Positions 1 through 9,819 of a stretch of DNA of 64,000 nucleotides are shown here, in pieces. The notes beneath the pieces were generated by a model that worked only from the letters and a program-made list of their open reading frames with translations, was not told the DNA's origin and did not search any database. Made by a program: the position numbers and the translations under genes. Every line of letters starts with the position of its first letter. Position 1 is the stretch's first letter. Origin of the DNA: an uncultured Gammaproteobacteria bacterium (GTDB lineage Bacteria; Patescibacteriota; Patescibacteriia; Magasanikbacterales; JBBTQS01); NCBI GenBank assembly GCA_964627525.1, contig CAZVIA010000004.1:1565-65564 (forward strand), read 5' to 3'.

Positions 1-170
1 TTGTTTTTGGCCTTCATAATATATGACGTAATGCTAACCAATTTCTTACATTTTGTCTACTTTGTCCAAACCACCCATATATAATAAAAATTAAATAAAC
101 AAACCACGCATACTGTTACATATACGTAGTTTTGTTTTAGTTCAACCCCTAAAACCCCAAACTCCCACAA

Positions 171-1580
171 CTAGTTCACACACAAAACACCATATCGATT
201 CAATCGATACACACCTCCTTGACCAGCAATTGCCATACCACCATCTTCCAAAGACAACACAGCATTTGCTGTATCAAAACCCGCCCCACCAAATGACCGC
301 TCAAACAAAATCCTGCCTTGAGCATCTATTTGACTCAACCACATTTGAGCACTGGTGTTTCCATATGATCTAGTTATGCCAGCTGTAAGCAAATCATTGC
401 CCACACGCCAATCCATTGCATTCACTGAATCATACATCAGACCGCCAAAGGTTTTTTGCCAAACAAAATATCCATCAGAATTAAGCTTGAGCATAAAACC
501 ATCATACTCATACCCATCACCGATTTTGATTTTGCCAGTAACAAAAAAATCCTTGTAAGCATCTTGTGCAACAGCACTTGCCATCTGGTAATCAACAGCA
601 GAATGAAATCTCTCCCACATAATTCCGCCGTTTGTGACAAATTTTGCAACAATAACCCGAGTCTTCAAACCAGGTTGCAGAATTGTGTTACCAACTGCAA
701 CATACTCTCCCTGACCCAAATGCGCGACATCAGAAAGCTGACCACCAGTTTCAACACCTAGCAATTTAGACCACTGCTGAATACCCATGGAATCAATTCT
801 ATAAATCCACGGCGAAGTAGTAACATTTTCCAACACTCCACTTCTGTTTCCAACAATAATAAAACCACCTTCATCATCTGCAACCACTGCGCGAGCTATG
901 TCATCCTTAGTACCACCGTAATCCTCTTCCCAATGCATTTCACCACTTACATCCATGAGCATAACCCAAGCATCTGCTTCACCAAGCCCTGATGAACGAG
1001 TGTAACCCACAACCATAAACTGATCTGCACCACCTTCTGTGTTTTGCACTTTAGAAACTGACCACAGCTTATCTATTTGAGTCCACCCAAACTCTTTTTC
1101 CCAAACCACATTCCCACTTGAATCCAATTTGGTTACACAAGAATTTTGATCATAATCAAATCCAGAAATCAGCTCATGACAAGAACTAATCACAATCAAG
1201 TTACCTTGATCATCTTCAGTCATTGTCAAAACTTCATCCAAGAATTGCTCGCTCAAATCCTTATGCCAGCACTGATAACTATTTTGCACCTCTTCAGATC
1301 CAAACACATCTTCCTTATCCAAAATAGATCTGGGAAAGCCCTCTTGCTCACCTTGCACACCAGTTCCACACTCACAAGGCTCAGCATTTTCACACGGCTC
1401 ACACCCAGCTCTAGAATTTTGCACACTTGCAACACCAAAAGAATAGTACACAACATCATCCATAACACTGTCATGCATTTGAGTTGCATATTCCGCAGTT
1501 TGCTGACAACCTGAAAATTGCCAACCCAACAAACCAAACACAAACCCCAACCACACCAAACTCAAAAAAGACTTTCGCAC
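171..1580 (-). CDS. Secreted lipoprotein with repeated beta-propeller-like (SBBP-type) units
   Basis: The N-terminus MRKSFLSLVWLGFVFGLLGWQFSGC is a lipoprotein-type signal with a lipobox Cys. About 40-aa units of the form D..G...W...FGG...D.A.AV..DGG.I.AG.T.S recur at least five times. Confidence 0.5.
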   Translation of the reverse strand: MRKSFLSLVWLGFVFGLLGWQFSGCQQTAEYATQMHDSVMDDVVYYSFGVASVQNSRAGCEPCENAEPCECGTGVQGEQEGFPRSILDKEDVFGSEEVQNSYQCWHKDLSEQFLDEVLTMTEDDQGNLIVISSCHELISGFDYDQNSCVTKLDSSGNVVWEKEFGWTQIDKLWSVSKVQNTEGGADQFMVVGYTRSSGLGEADAWVMLMDVSGEMHWEEDYGGTKDDIARAVVADDEGGFIIVGNRSGVLENVTTSPWIYRIDSMGIQQWSKLLGVETGGQLSDVAHLGQGEYVAVGNTILQPGLKTRVIVAKFVTNGGIMWERFHSAVDYQMASAVAQDAYKDFFVTGKIKIGDGYEYDGFMLKLNSDGYFVWQKTFGGLMYDSVNAMDWRVGNDLLTAGITRSYGNTSAQMWLSQIDAQGRILFERSFGGAGFDTANAVLSLEDGGMAIAGQGGVYRLNRYGVLCVN

Positions 1581-1708
1581 TTTTCGCTCCTATTCATATT
1601 TAATTCAATTAAGGGATTAAAATATCCTATCAACCAATTTGCGCACAGTCAATAGGATAAACTATGGATAAAGTGTGGTTAAAATTTTGTTGAACCTTAG
1701 CTCAAAAT

Positions 1709-2215
1709 TTACCCCCTCAACAAAACCTTTTGCAACTCGCCCAATCTTTTATAAAAACCAGCACTATGAATTGAGTTTAAACCTAAAGCACAAAAATCAT
1801 AATGATGCATCCACTCATGCAACAAAGTATTTAAAAAAGTTTTTGAAGCTAACATTTGCCCACGCACAGCAGTGCGATTTGTAATATAAATATATTTTGA
1901 CTTTGGGCGATAATAACCATATTGCTTCATCACAGTTCGCCCACCTCTTTTTTTGTGATATTGATTTGTATCACTAATTTTAACATTACAAATATCTATT
2001 TGTGCGAGATCGCAAAGTTCATCTAGCAAAGAAGTGCTGAATTTTTGGCGGGCGCGAGCGGAGCGAGCGCCCAAAATTTCTTCGCACAAAGCACAAACAC
2101 AATCATTCACTTCAAAAGCAACCGCTGTAATACGATTGCTTTTATTATAATTTCTTTTATTACTATTTAAGAAAAACATATCATAGGTCCAACTACCCCT
2201 TCCCACCACTTCCAT
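1709..2215 (-). CDS. SprT-like / DUF45-type zinc metallopeptidase-fold protein
   Basis: It has an HEWMHH (HExxH) motif followed by a conserved His/Ser region, as in the YgjP/SprT families. The N-terminal part contains Cys clusters. Confidence 0.4.
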   Translation of the reverse strand: MEVVGRGSWTYDMFFLNSNKRNYNKSNRITAVAFEVNDCVCALCEEILGARSARARQKFSTSLLDELCDLAQIDICNVKISDTNQYHKKRGGRTVMKQYGYYRPKSKYIYITNRTAVRGQMLASKTFLNTLLHEWMHHYDFCALGLNSIHSAGFYKRLGELQKVLLRG

Positions 2216-3137
2216 GAATTTTAATATGAGTTTTAACTTCTGCTTTCATCATTTCTCTGGATTTTTCCAACAACACCCTTGGATCAATAGATTTTTTATC
2301 TGAAAAAATTGTCTCACGCAAACCAGCTGCAAAAGCTAAGCGCAAATCAGTATCAATATTAATTTTTGCTACTCCCAACTTAATTGCACGCTTTTTTTGT
2401 GGAGTTGAAATACCATGCGCATTCTTCATCCAATCACAATCTTTTAACAAACCACACTGAGTGTGCAAACGATTTAATAATTTTTTACAAACACGACTTG
2501 CTCCATGCAACACCAAAGGAATTTTCACAACTTGAGAAATTTCTTTTAATCGCACCAAATCCAAAGAACCTGCAATTCCTGTTTGTTTAAAAGCTCCGTG
2601 TGCCGTACCAACAGAAATAGCCAAAGCATCACATCCAGTCAACTTCATAAACTTAACAACTTTTTCAGGATCAGTAAAAAACGCATCTTTATTTTTTACA
2701 CTTACCAAATCTTCTTTCCCAGGAATAGCACCCAACTCTGCCTCAACTGAAATTCCTTTTCTGTGTGCCAACTTAACAATTCCACGAACTGCTTTTACAT
2801 TTTTCTTAAAAGACAAATGCGAAGCATCAATCATTACAGAACCATACAACCCCGACTTAATCGCAACCTTCACCAAATCAATATTTTTTCCATGATCTAA
2901 ATGAAAAACAACTGGCACTTTAGATTTTTCTGCAGCCACTTTTGCAATCGCCCCTAAATAATCCATTCCAGCATAATTTATCGCACCCTCACTTGTCTGC
3001 AAAATCACCGGAGATTTTTCTTCATTAGCCGCTTCAATAATTGCCAAAGCTGTTTCTAAATTATTTATATTAAAAGCACCAACTGCATATCCACGCTTAC
3101 GAGCTTTTGGTAAAATATGATTTAAATTTTTCAACAT
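2193..3137 (-). CDS. fba: Fructose-bisphosphate aldolase, class II
   Basis: The N-terminal LPKARKRGYAVGAFNINNLE and FHLDHG motifs are typical of class II FBA/tagatose-bisphosphate aldolase. Confidence 0.85.
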   Translation of the reverse strand: MLKNLNHILPKARKRGYAVGAFNINNLETALAIIEAANEEKSPVILQTSEGAINYAGMDYLGAIAKVAAEKSKVPVVFHLDHGKNIDLVKVAIKSGLYGSVMIDASHLSFKKNVKAVRGIVKLAHRKGISVEAELGAIPGKEDLVSVKNKDAFFTDPEKVVKFMKLTGCDALAISVGTAHGAFKQTGIAGSLDLVRLKEISQVVKIPLVLHGASRVCKKLLNRLHTQCGLLKDCDWMKNAHGISTPQKKRAIKLGVAKINIDTDLRLAFAAGLRETIFSDKKSIDPRVLLEKSREMMKAEVKTHIKIHGSGGKG

Positions 3138-3162
3138 AAAATTTTCTGACCTGAAATAAATT

Positions 3163-4128
3163 TTAAATATTTTCAGCTTTCAAACGACCATATTTTCGCA
3201 ACATTCGTTGTAACCCAGAACGAGTTAACAAACCATCTTGTGGTCCGATTTTTGAAATTACACTTGAACTGTTTAAATTACCACGCAACATTGCTTCTGG
3301 AATATCTTTGTCATCCATTAAGGCACTCATAAAACCAACTGCATAAGAATCCCCCGCACCTGTTCGCTCAATTGCTTTTACTTTTTTATAAATTCCCATT
3401 TTCCAATAATTTACACCATCAAAAACAAACGAACCATTTTCCCCATCTGTAATCACAGCAATTTTTGGTCCAAGACGATACAAAGCACGCAACAAAGATT
3501 TTGTATCTTTTTTATTTCCAACTAATTTATGTGCTTCTTGTACATTTAAAAATAAAACATGTGTTACTGCACAAACTTTTTTAATCTCACCAACACCTTC
3601 CAAAAATTGATAAGTTCCAGGATTGTAACCCATCTTTGCCCCACACTTTTTTATATAATTAATTATTTGTTTATTATATTTTTTATGATCTTCACCAATA
3701 CTTGAATAATACATCCAATTTGTTTTTGCCAATTTTGGCAAACGATATTTTCTTGGCGCATGATAAACCAAAATTGTCCGATCTCCATGATAATTAATTA
3801 CAGTAGAAGCATTTGATTGCCCTTTTTTCAAAATCTCAACATACCTAGTATCTACATTCTCTTCTTTCAACTCTTTCATTATGGTTTTTCCAGACATATC
3901 TCCACCTAAAATTGTATGAAACCCTGTTTTAAAACCTAAACGCGCCATGCCAATCGCATTATTAATTGAATTCCCAGCAACTTTTTGTGCAATTGTATCA
4001 ACTGGAATCTTGCTTGGAAATTTTAATTTTAAATAGCAATCATTATCTACTCTACAAGTCACTGCTGCATTATTTACCTCAACAATTGTATCAATAGTTG
4101 AGTCCCCAATTGAAATTATGTCGTACAT
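3163..4128 (-). CDS. PfkB-family carbohydrate kinase (ribokinase/phosphofructokinase-like)
   Basis: It has an N-terminal IGDSTID-type motif and a C-terminal GAGDSYAVGF anion-hole motif, both PfkB signatures. It lies in a cluster with the aldolase and transketolase genes. Confidence 0.75.
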   Translation of the reverse strand: MYDIISIGDSTIDTIVEVNNAAVTCRVDNDCYLKLKFPSKIPVDTIAQKVAGNSINNAIGMARLGFKTGFHTILGGDMSGKTIMKELKEENVDTRYVEILKKGQSNASTVINYHGDRTILVYHAPRKYRLPKLAKTNWMYYSSIGEDHKKYNKQIINYIKKCGAKMGYNPGTYQFLEGVGEIKKVCAVTHVLFLNVQEAHKLVGNKKDTKSLLRALYRLGPKIAVITDGENGSFVFDGVNYWKMGIYKKVKAIERTGAGDSYAVGFMSALMDDKDIPEAMLRGNLNSSSVISKIGPQDGLLTRSGLQRMLRKYGRLKAENI

Positions 4129-4132
4129 AAAA

Positions 4133-5131
4133 TTATTTTTTCTTTAAAACTTTTTTCACAGCACTAATAATATTTTTTGATTTCATTCCATACTTTTCCA
4201 ACAACTCTTCTGGAGTACCTGACTCACCAAAACTATCATTAACACCAACTGGTACAATTGGAACTGGTCGTACTTGTGCCAACTCTTCACAAACCACACC
4301 AAACAAACCTCCAGCCATTTGATGTTCCTCAACAGTGACCACACAACCAGTTTTTCGCACAGAAGCTAATAAAGTTTTACGATCAAAAGGTTTGATTGAA
4401 GAACAATTAATTACTTCAGCACTAATTTTATTTTTTGCCAAAACATTAGCTGCAACTAATGCTTCATAAACCAATGGACCGCTCGCAATAATTGTTACAT
4501 CTTTTCCTTTTGCAAAAACTTGTGACTTACCAATTGCAAAACTAGTTTTCTTAGTAGTCATACAAGGGGTTTTTTCACGAGCAAAACGAATGTAAACAGG
4601 ACCATCTAATTTTACAGAAGCATGAATTGCTTTGCGAGTTTCTTCTTCATCACAAGGAACCAAAACTGTCATGTTTGGCAAAACTCGTGTAATAGCTACG
4701 TCTTCCAAAGCTTGATGAGTTGCTCCATCAGGTCCAACAGAAATTCCAGCATGAGCTCCAATAATTTTTACATTATTTTTTGCATAACAAATAGAAACAC
4801 GAATCTGATCCCAATTTCTTCCAGGAGAAAAAACAGCATAACTAGAAATAAACGGAATCATTCCTTCTTGTGCCATACCAGCAGCAACACCTGCCATGTT
4901 TTGTTCCGCAATTCCCATTTGAATAAATCTATTTGGAAATTTTTCCTTAAACCAATGTGAACGAGTGGATACAGTTAAGTCACAACACAACACCACTACG
5001 TTTTCATTTTTTTCTCCAGCTTCAACAACACCCTTTCCATAACCGTCGCGAGTCAAAACCATATCTGGTTCTGTAAAAATATTTTTTTTCAAATTTAATG
5101 ATGGATTTAATTTCATATTATTCGTGTTCAC
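4133..5131 (-). CDS. Transketolase, C-terminal (pyrimidine-binding plus C-terminal domain) subunit
   Basis: It shows the transketolase Pyr and C-terminal domains. The transketolase is split into two genes, as in archaea. Confidence 0.85.
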   Translation of the reverse strand: MNTNNMKLNPSLNLKKNIFTEPDMVLTRDGYGKGVVEAGEKNENVVVLCCDLTVSTRSHWFKEKFPNRFIQMGIAEQNMAGVAAGMAQEGMIPFISSYAVFSPGRNWDQIRVSICYAKNNVKIIGAHAGISVGPDGATHQALEDVAITRVLPNMTVLVPCDEEETRKAIHASVKLDGPVYIRFAREKTPCMTTKKTSFAIGKSQVFAKGKDVTIIASGPLVYEALVAANVLAKNKISAEVINCSSIKPFDRKTLLASVRKTGCVVTVEEHQMAGGLFGVVCEELAQVRPVPIVPVGVNDSFGESGTPEELLEKYGMKSKNIISAVKKVLKKK

Positions 5132-5978
5132 TTCTAATCTTACCTCCTAATGTGCGCAAATCATGCAAAGCCTGGCGAGTCTCTTCACCTGGTTTTGGTG
5201 GCTTGCCATGCCAATTAAAATCCCATTCCATATATTCAACACCTTTACCTGGAATTGTATGTGCAATTATTGCAACAGGTTTTTCATAAATAGCTTTTGC
5301 TTGGTCACATGCATCAACAATCGCACGAATGTTATGACCATCAACATCAATTACATGAAAACCAAATGCTTCAAATTTTTCTCGCAAAGGCTCAATTGCT
5401 TGTACCTCTTCAGTCATTCCATCAATTTGAATATTGTTACGATCTACTATTACAGTCAAATTATGCAAAGGTAAATTTCCAGCCATCATGAATGCTTCCC
5501 AAACCTGACCTTCTTCTAATTCACCATCTCCTGTTAAAACAAAAGTTTCCCATCTTGCATTTTGCATTTGAGCAGCCAAGGCGACACCAACTCCAACTGA
5601 AGTTCCTTGCCCTAAAGGCCCAGCTGCATTTTCAATACCTGGCAAAGAACGACGGTGAGGATGTCCTTGCAAACGAGTTCCTAATTTACGCAAAGTGTTT
5701 AATTCTTTTTTTGGAAAATACCCTGAATGTGCCAAAGCTGCATAATGTACTGGACAAACATGCCCATTACTTACTATCACACGATCACGTTTTTCCCACC
5801 AAGGATTTTTTGGACGATGATTTATAATATGAAAATATAATGCTGTAAAAACATCTGCCATTCCAAGTGGTCCAGCACTATGACCAGATCCTGCACTTAC
5901 TAACATTTTTATTAAATCCTGACGAATTGCATTTGCTGTTTCCTCAAGTTTTTTTACTTTACGATCATGTATGGGCAT
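5118..5978 (-). CDS. Transketolase, N-terminal (TPP-binding) subunit
   Basis: It has the GHSAGPLGMADV and GDGELEEG thiamine-diphosphate motifs. It overlaps the C-terminal subunit gene by 14 nt. Confidence 0.85.
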   Translation of the reverse strand: MPIHDRKVKKLEETANAIRQDLIKMLVSAGSGHSAGPLGMADVFTALYFHIINHRPKNPWWEKRDRVIVSNGHVCPVHYAALAHSGYFPKKELNTLRKLGTRLQGHPHRRSLPGIENAAGPLGQGTSVGVGVALAAQMQNARWETFVLTGDGELEEGQVWEAFMMAGNLPLHNLTVIVDRNNIQIDGMTEEVQAIEPLREKFEAFGFHVIDVDGHNIRAIVDACDQAKAIYEKPVAIIAHTIPGKGVEYMEWDFNWHGKPPKPGEETRQALHDLRTLGGKIRSEHE

Positions 5979-5981
5979 AAA

Positions 5982-6287
5982 TTATTTTTTACTTTTTACA
6001 CACGGATAACAAACATGCTTGTGTTTGCCAGTTACAATCATGATGTATTCCCAAGTACTTCCCAAAAAGAAAACACCAAATGCAATTATAAAAATCCAAT
6101 TTTGGATATACACTGAATAAGCTCCTAAAAACAAAGACCCAAAAGCAAAAACAGCATCTTGCTGTCGCTCTTTTTCCAAAAAAATTCCATATGCCATTAA
6201 GACCACACCCAACGCACCAAGCACCACTAAAACAATCTGCAAAACTGTTGGATCTGTTGTTTGAAATAATAATTGTTTTATTGTCAT
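5982..6287 (-). CDS. Small membrane protein (2-3 predicted transmembrane helices), unknown function
   Basis: The ORF is hydrophobic and sits 3 nt downstream of the transketolase genes. Confidence 0.4.
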   Translation of the reverse strand: MTIKQLLFQTTDPTVLQIVLVVLGALGVVLMAYGIFLEKERQQDAVFAFGSLFLGAYSVYIQNWIFIIAFGVFFLGSTWEYIMIVTGKHKHVCYPCVKSKK

Positions 6288-6365
6288 ATGGGACTATTAT
6301 AACACAAAACTAAAACACACTGGTTTGTTAAAACCAGCGTGTCTTTGTTTGCATAAATACACGCA

Positions 6366-7169
6366 CTAACCTGCAAAACTCAAACGATCCAATAGTGAAA
6401 TTACCTCACTTATTGACTGAACATAAACCCGCACATTTCGCCCTGCTCTAAGCACATCAGTTACATCCAAGTGCTCATAACAAATGCGCGTTTCCCATTT
6501 ATCCCACTTAGAACTACGATCTTCAACAGTTTGAAACACCAACTTTACATCTGCTGGCAAGCTGGACAAATCAAATCCGCAATCACTACAAATACACGCA
6601 AACCTTACTTTTCTATTGTAAGCATTTCTCTGTGTACTTGCATAAAGCACGCAATTCAGACCAAAACGCCAGTTTGTTGTATTGTGAAGCTTAAGCTCAG
6701 ATAGAGGACTAAGAGCATCACGCGTCACAACATAAAACAAATTCTGATGCATTTTCCCAAAAATTGCTGACACAATCTTTTGAACCTGCTTTCCAACCTC
6801 TTTTGTATCATGCCTACCATTGTGTTCACAAGCCAACAAACCACTACAACCACCTAGTAGATCATTAGTAAGTCCTCGAAAAACCGTAATTGGAACCCAC
6901 TGGTCTCCAAACGGAACAACACATGCGGCACGACAACAACCCAATTGTATATGAGTAGCAAGTCTGCGACGCAAAGCACGCAGTTCTTTAAACGTTCTTC
7001 CGTTCAACAAGCTTTCGGATTCAAGATGACCAAACCGACCAACAGTCAAAAGTGCTTTTGCAACAGCATGATCAACAGCTGTAAAATCTGTTTCAGTCAT
7101 ATCAAGCAAACCCTGTCTCACCACCTCTTCGACCAAAGGCAATTCAAACCTCTGTATTATTGATCCCAC
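6366..7169 (-). CDS. Hypothetical protein, Cys-rich, compositionally atypical
   Basis: A long ORF with no family I can recognise. Its G+C looks higher (around 43% by eye) than the flanking genes. Confidence 0.5.
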   Translation of the reverse strand: MGSIIQRFELPLVEEVVRQGLLDMTETDFTAVDHAVAKALLTVGRFGHLESESLLNGRTFKELRALRRRLATHIQLGCCRAACVVPFGDQWVPITVFRGLTNDLLGGCSGLLACEHNGRHDTKEVGKQVQKIVSAIFGKMHQNLFYVVTRDALSPLSELKLHNTTNWRFGLNCVLYASTQRNAYNRKVRFACICSDCGFDLSSLPADVKLVFQTVEDRSSKWDKWETRICYEHLDVTDVLRAGRNVRVYVQSISEVISLLDRLSFAG

Positions 7170-7483
7170 AGCTCCTCCCTTTCTTGGTCTGGGTGTTTTG
7201 GTAGATTTTTGATGGACACATTCCCAACCTCTTGAACCATTTGATTAGGCCAGTCCACCCGAATTAGCAATGCCGCACCTTCTTGATACTCATCACTCTC
7301 ACGATTTACACAAAGATACAGATTTGACCAAAGCCGAGACTTCCAAAGAAATTCCACTTTTGGGAAAAAACCATATGGCACATACATGCCATTTACATTT
7401 ATGGGAATTGGATCCCATAATATTTTTTTTACAAGATTGTTAAGGTACCCAAGAACTTGAGTAAGATTTATTTTCAAGCCCAC
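7157..7483 (-). CDS. Hypothetical protein (upstream partner of 6366..7169)
   Basis: The ORF overlaps the downstream gene by 13 nt, suggesting an operon, and has the same atypical composition. Confidence 0.4.
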   Translation of the reverse strand: MGLKINLTQVLGYLNNLVKKILWDPIPINVNGMYVPYGFFPKVEFLWKSRLWSNLYLCVNRESDEYQEGAALLIRVDWPNQMVQEVGNVSIKNLPKHPDQEREELWDQ

Positions 7484-7587
7484 CTCCTTTTGCTCGTGTT
7501 TGCACGAGATATCAACTTAGCATAATTAAAAAAACAAGTCAACCAAACCTGTTTTCTTGTGAAAAATTTTACAAAAACCCAAAAAAA

Positions 7588-8553
7588 CTATTCCAAAGTA
7601 TTTAAATATGAAATCGCAGACAAAGCAGCAGAAATTCCCATTCCAGTTGCAATACCAATTTGAAAATATGGAAAATCAGTTACATCACCTGCTGCAAAAA
7701 TTCCCGGACAATTTGTTTTGCACATACGATCAACGAGAATATTTCCTTTTTCTGTTTTTTCTGCACATTCAATAAATTTACTGTTTGGCAACAAACCAAT
7801 ATGGACCATCACACCTTGCACTTCCAACTTATGTTCAACACCTTCTTTGTCTTTATAATTTAAACCACTCACCATTCCTTCACCTTCAATACTTTGCGTC
7901 ATTGCTTCATACAAAATTTCAACATTTGGATGTGACTTTAACTTATCAATCAAAATTTGATCACCTTTAAAATCTGGGTACTTAGACAAAACATAAACCT
8001 TACTTGAAATTTCAGACATCATGATTGCAGATTCTAAAGCAGAATTTCCAGAACCAATAGTTGCAGTTATCTTACCTTTGAATAATGGTCCATCACACAC
8101 AGTACAATAAGTTACACCTTTGTGATACATTTCTTTTTCTCCAGGAACTTCCAAGTGTCTCGGCTTTGCACCAGTTGCAACAATCACTGCTTTAGACTCA
8201 AAAACAACTTCTTCTTCACCTCTTTTGCCTTTTACCACAAAACCACTTTTATCATCTCCACCATCTTTTTTCTCAACAGAAATCACATCAACATTATTTT
8301 CAATATCAACTTTATTAAATTCCAATTGTTCTTGAAATTTTTTGGACAACTCAACACCAGTGATTGATTTTGTTCCAGGATAATTTTCAACCTCACCAGC
8401 TGTTGCAACTTCTCCACCCAAATCTTTTGCCACAACCTTAAAATTAAGTTTTCTACGAGATGCATAAACCGACGCCGCTGTTCCAGCTGCTGACCCACCA
8501 ATAATTATTAAATCTAACATAGTATTAAAATAAATTCTGTTATAGCTTAACAA
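7588..8553 (-). CDS. trxB: Thioredoxin-disulfide reductase
   Basis: It has the GGSAAGTAA FAD motif and a CTVCDG redox-active CxxC. Confidence 0.85.
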   Translation of the reverse strand: MLSYNRIYFNTMLDLIIIGGSAAGTAASVYASRRKLNFKVVAKDLGGEVATAGEVENYPGTKSITGVELSKKFQEQLEFNKVDIENNVDVISVEKKDGGDDKSGFVVKGKRGEEEVVFESKAVIVATGAKPRHLEVPGEKEMYHKGVTYCTVCDGPLFKGKITATIGSGNSALESAIMMSEISSKVYVLSKYPDFKGDQILIDKLKSHPNVEILYEAMTQSIEGEGMVSGLNYKDKEGVEHKLEVQGVMVHIGLLPNSKFIECAEKTEKGNILVDRMCKTNCPGIFAAGDVTDFPYFQIGIATGMGISAALSAISYLNTLE

Positions 8554-9020
8554 AAAAACCCTACCAGCGCTAGTGCTAATGCATCTGCTGCATCATCTGG
8601 TTTTGGAATTTCTTTAAGACGCAATTGCATTTGAACCATTTTTTGCATTTGAATTTTTTCTGCATTTCCATAACCAGTTAAAGTTTGCTTAACTTGTTTT
8701 GGTCCTATCTCAACCAAACGCAATCCAGAATTTACAATTGTCAACAAAATTACTCCACGCGCATGTGCCACATTAATCCCTGTTGAAATATTTTTTGTAA
8801 AAAAAAGTTGTTCAACAACAACTAATTCTGGATTAAATTTTTTTATAATTTCTTTAAGTTCTTTTTCAATCAATTGCAGACGTTCAACAAACTTTAAATT
8901 AGGGTCAGTTTCAATACAACCATAAGTTATTGCCTTAAACTGATCACGACCACCTTCTTCCACTACACCAAATCCAACTCTTCCAAATCCTGGATCAATA
9001 CCCAACACTATGCGCCCCAT
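8547..9020 (-). CDS. ruvC: Crossover junction endodeoxyribonuclease RuvC
   Basis: The N-terminus is ILGIDPGFGRVGFGVV, and it has the RuvC fold motifs. Confidence 0.85.
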   Translation of the reverse strand: MGRIVLGIDPGFGRVGFGVVEEGGRDQFKAITYGCIETDPNLKFVERLQLIEKELKEIIKKFNPELVVVEQLFFTKNISTGINVAHARGVILLTIVNSGLRLVEIGPKQVKQTLTGYGNAEKIQMQKMVQMQLRLKEIPKPDDAADALALALVGFFC

Positions 9021-9030
9021 ATTTTAATTA

Positions 9031-9762
9031 TTAAACCGCATTAGTAAAATACTCCTGCACATCATCAAGCTCATCTACTGCTTCAAAAAAATTCTCTACT
9101 TTAGATTGTTCTGCTTCTGAAATTTTTTTAGTTTCTTTTGCTTTCCACTCTAAACCAGATTCTTCAATTTCAATTTTTTGCGCTTGCACAGCTTCAACAA
9201 TTTTTTGTAAATCAGAAACCACACCATACACTGCAACACCTTCATCTTCATCAACAATATCACTAACACCTGCATCAATCATGTTTAATTCAAACTCATC
9301 TCTAGAATTTAATTTTGCAACCTCTTCTTTATTAATATGCACACCAGCCAATCTTTCAAATTGCCATTGCACACTTCCAGGACCACCCAATGAGCCCCCG
9401 TGTTTAGAAAAAACATGTTTCATTTCTGCTGAAGATCTATTTTTATTATCAGTCACAACCTCCACCATTACACCAATTTGTCCTGGACCAAAACCTTCAT
9501 AAGTAATTGTCTCAAAAACCACACCACTTTTATCATCTCCTGTCCCGCGCTTAACAGCATTATCAATTTTATCTTTTGGCACATTACCTGCCTTAGCTTT
9601 TTCAATTGTTAAACGTAAACTAAAATTCATTTCAGGATCTCCACCACCTTGGCGCGCTGCCAGTGTTATTGCACGTAATAATTTCGTAAACAAATTACTA
9701 CGCTTTGCATCTGCTGCGCCTTTTTTGTGTTTTATTTTACTCCATTTTGAGTGGCCTGACAT
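9031..9762 (-). CDS. yebC: YebC/PmpR-family transcriptional regulator
   Basis: The N-terminus is MSGHSKWSKIKHKKG, and it has the ARQGGGDP motif. Confidence 0.9.
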   Translation of the reverse strand: MSGHSKWSKIKHKKGAADAKRSNLFTKLLRAITLAARQGGGDPEMNFSLRLTIEKAKAGNVPKDKIDNAVKRGTGDDKSGVVFETITYEGFGPGQIGVMVEVVTDNKNRSSAEMKHVFSKHGGSLGGPGSVQWQFERLAGVHINKEEVAKLNSRDEFELNMIDAGVSDIVDEDEGVAVYGVVSDLQKIVEAVQAQKIEIEESGLEWKAKETKKISEAEQSKVENFFEAVDELDDVQEYFTNAV

Positions 9763-9819
9763 ATTAAGCCTGACGTATTAAGACCGGGCAAAATTCGCCC
9801 CACAAATTTTGCCCTAGCT

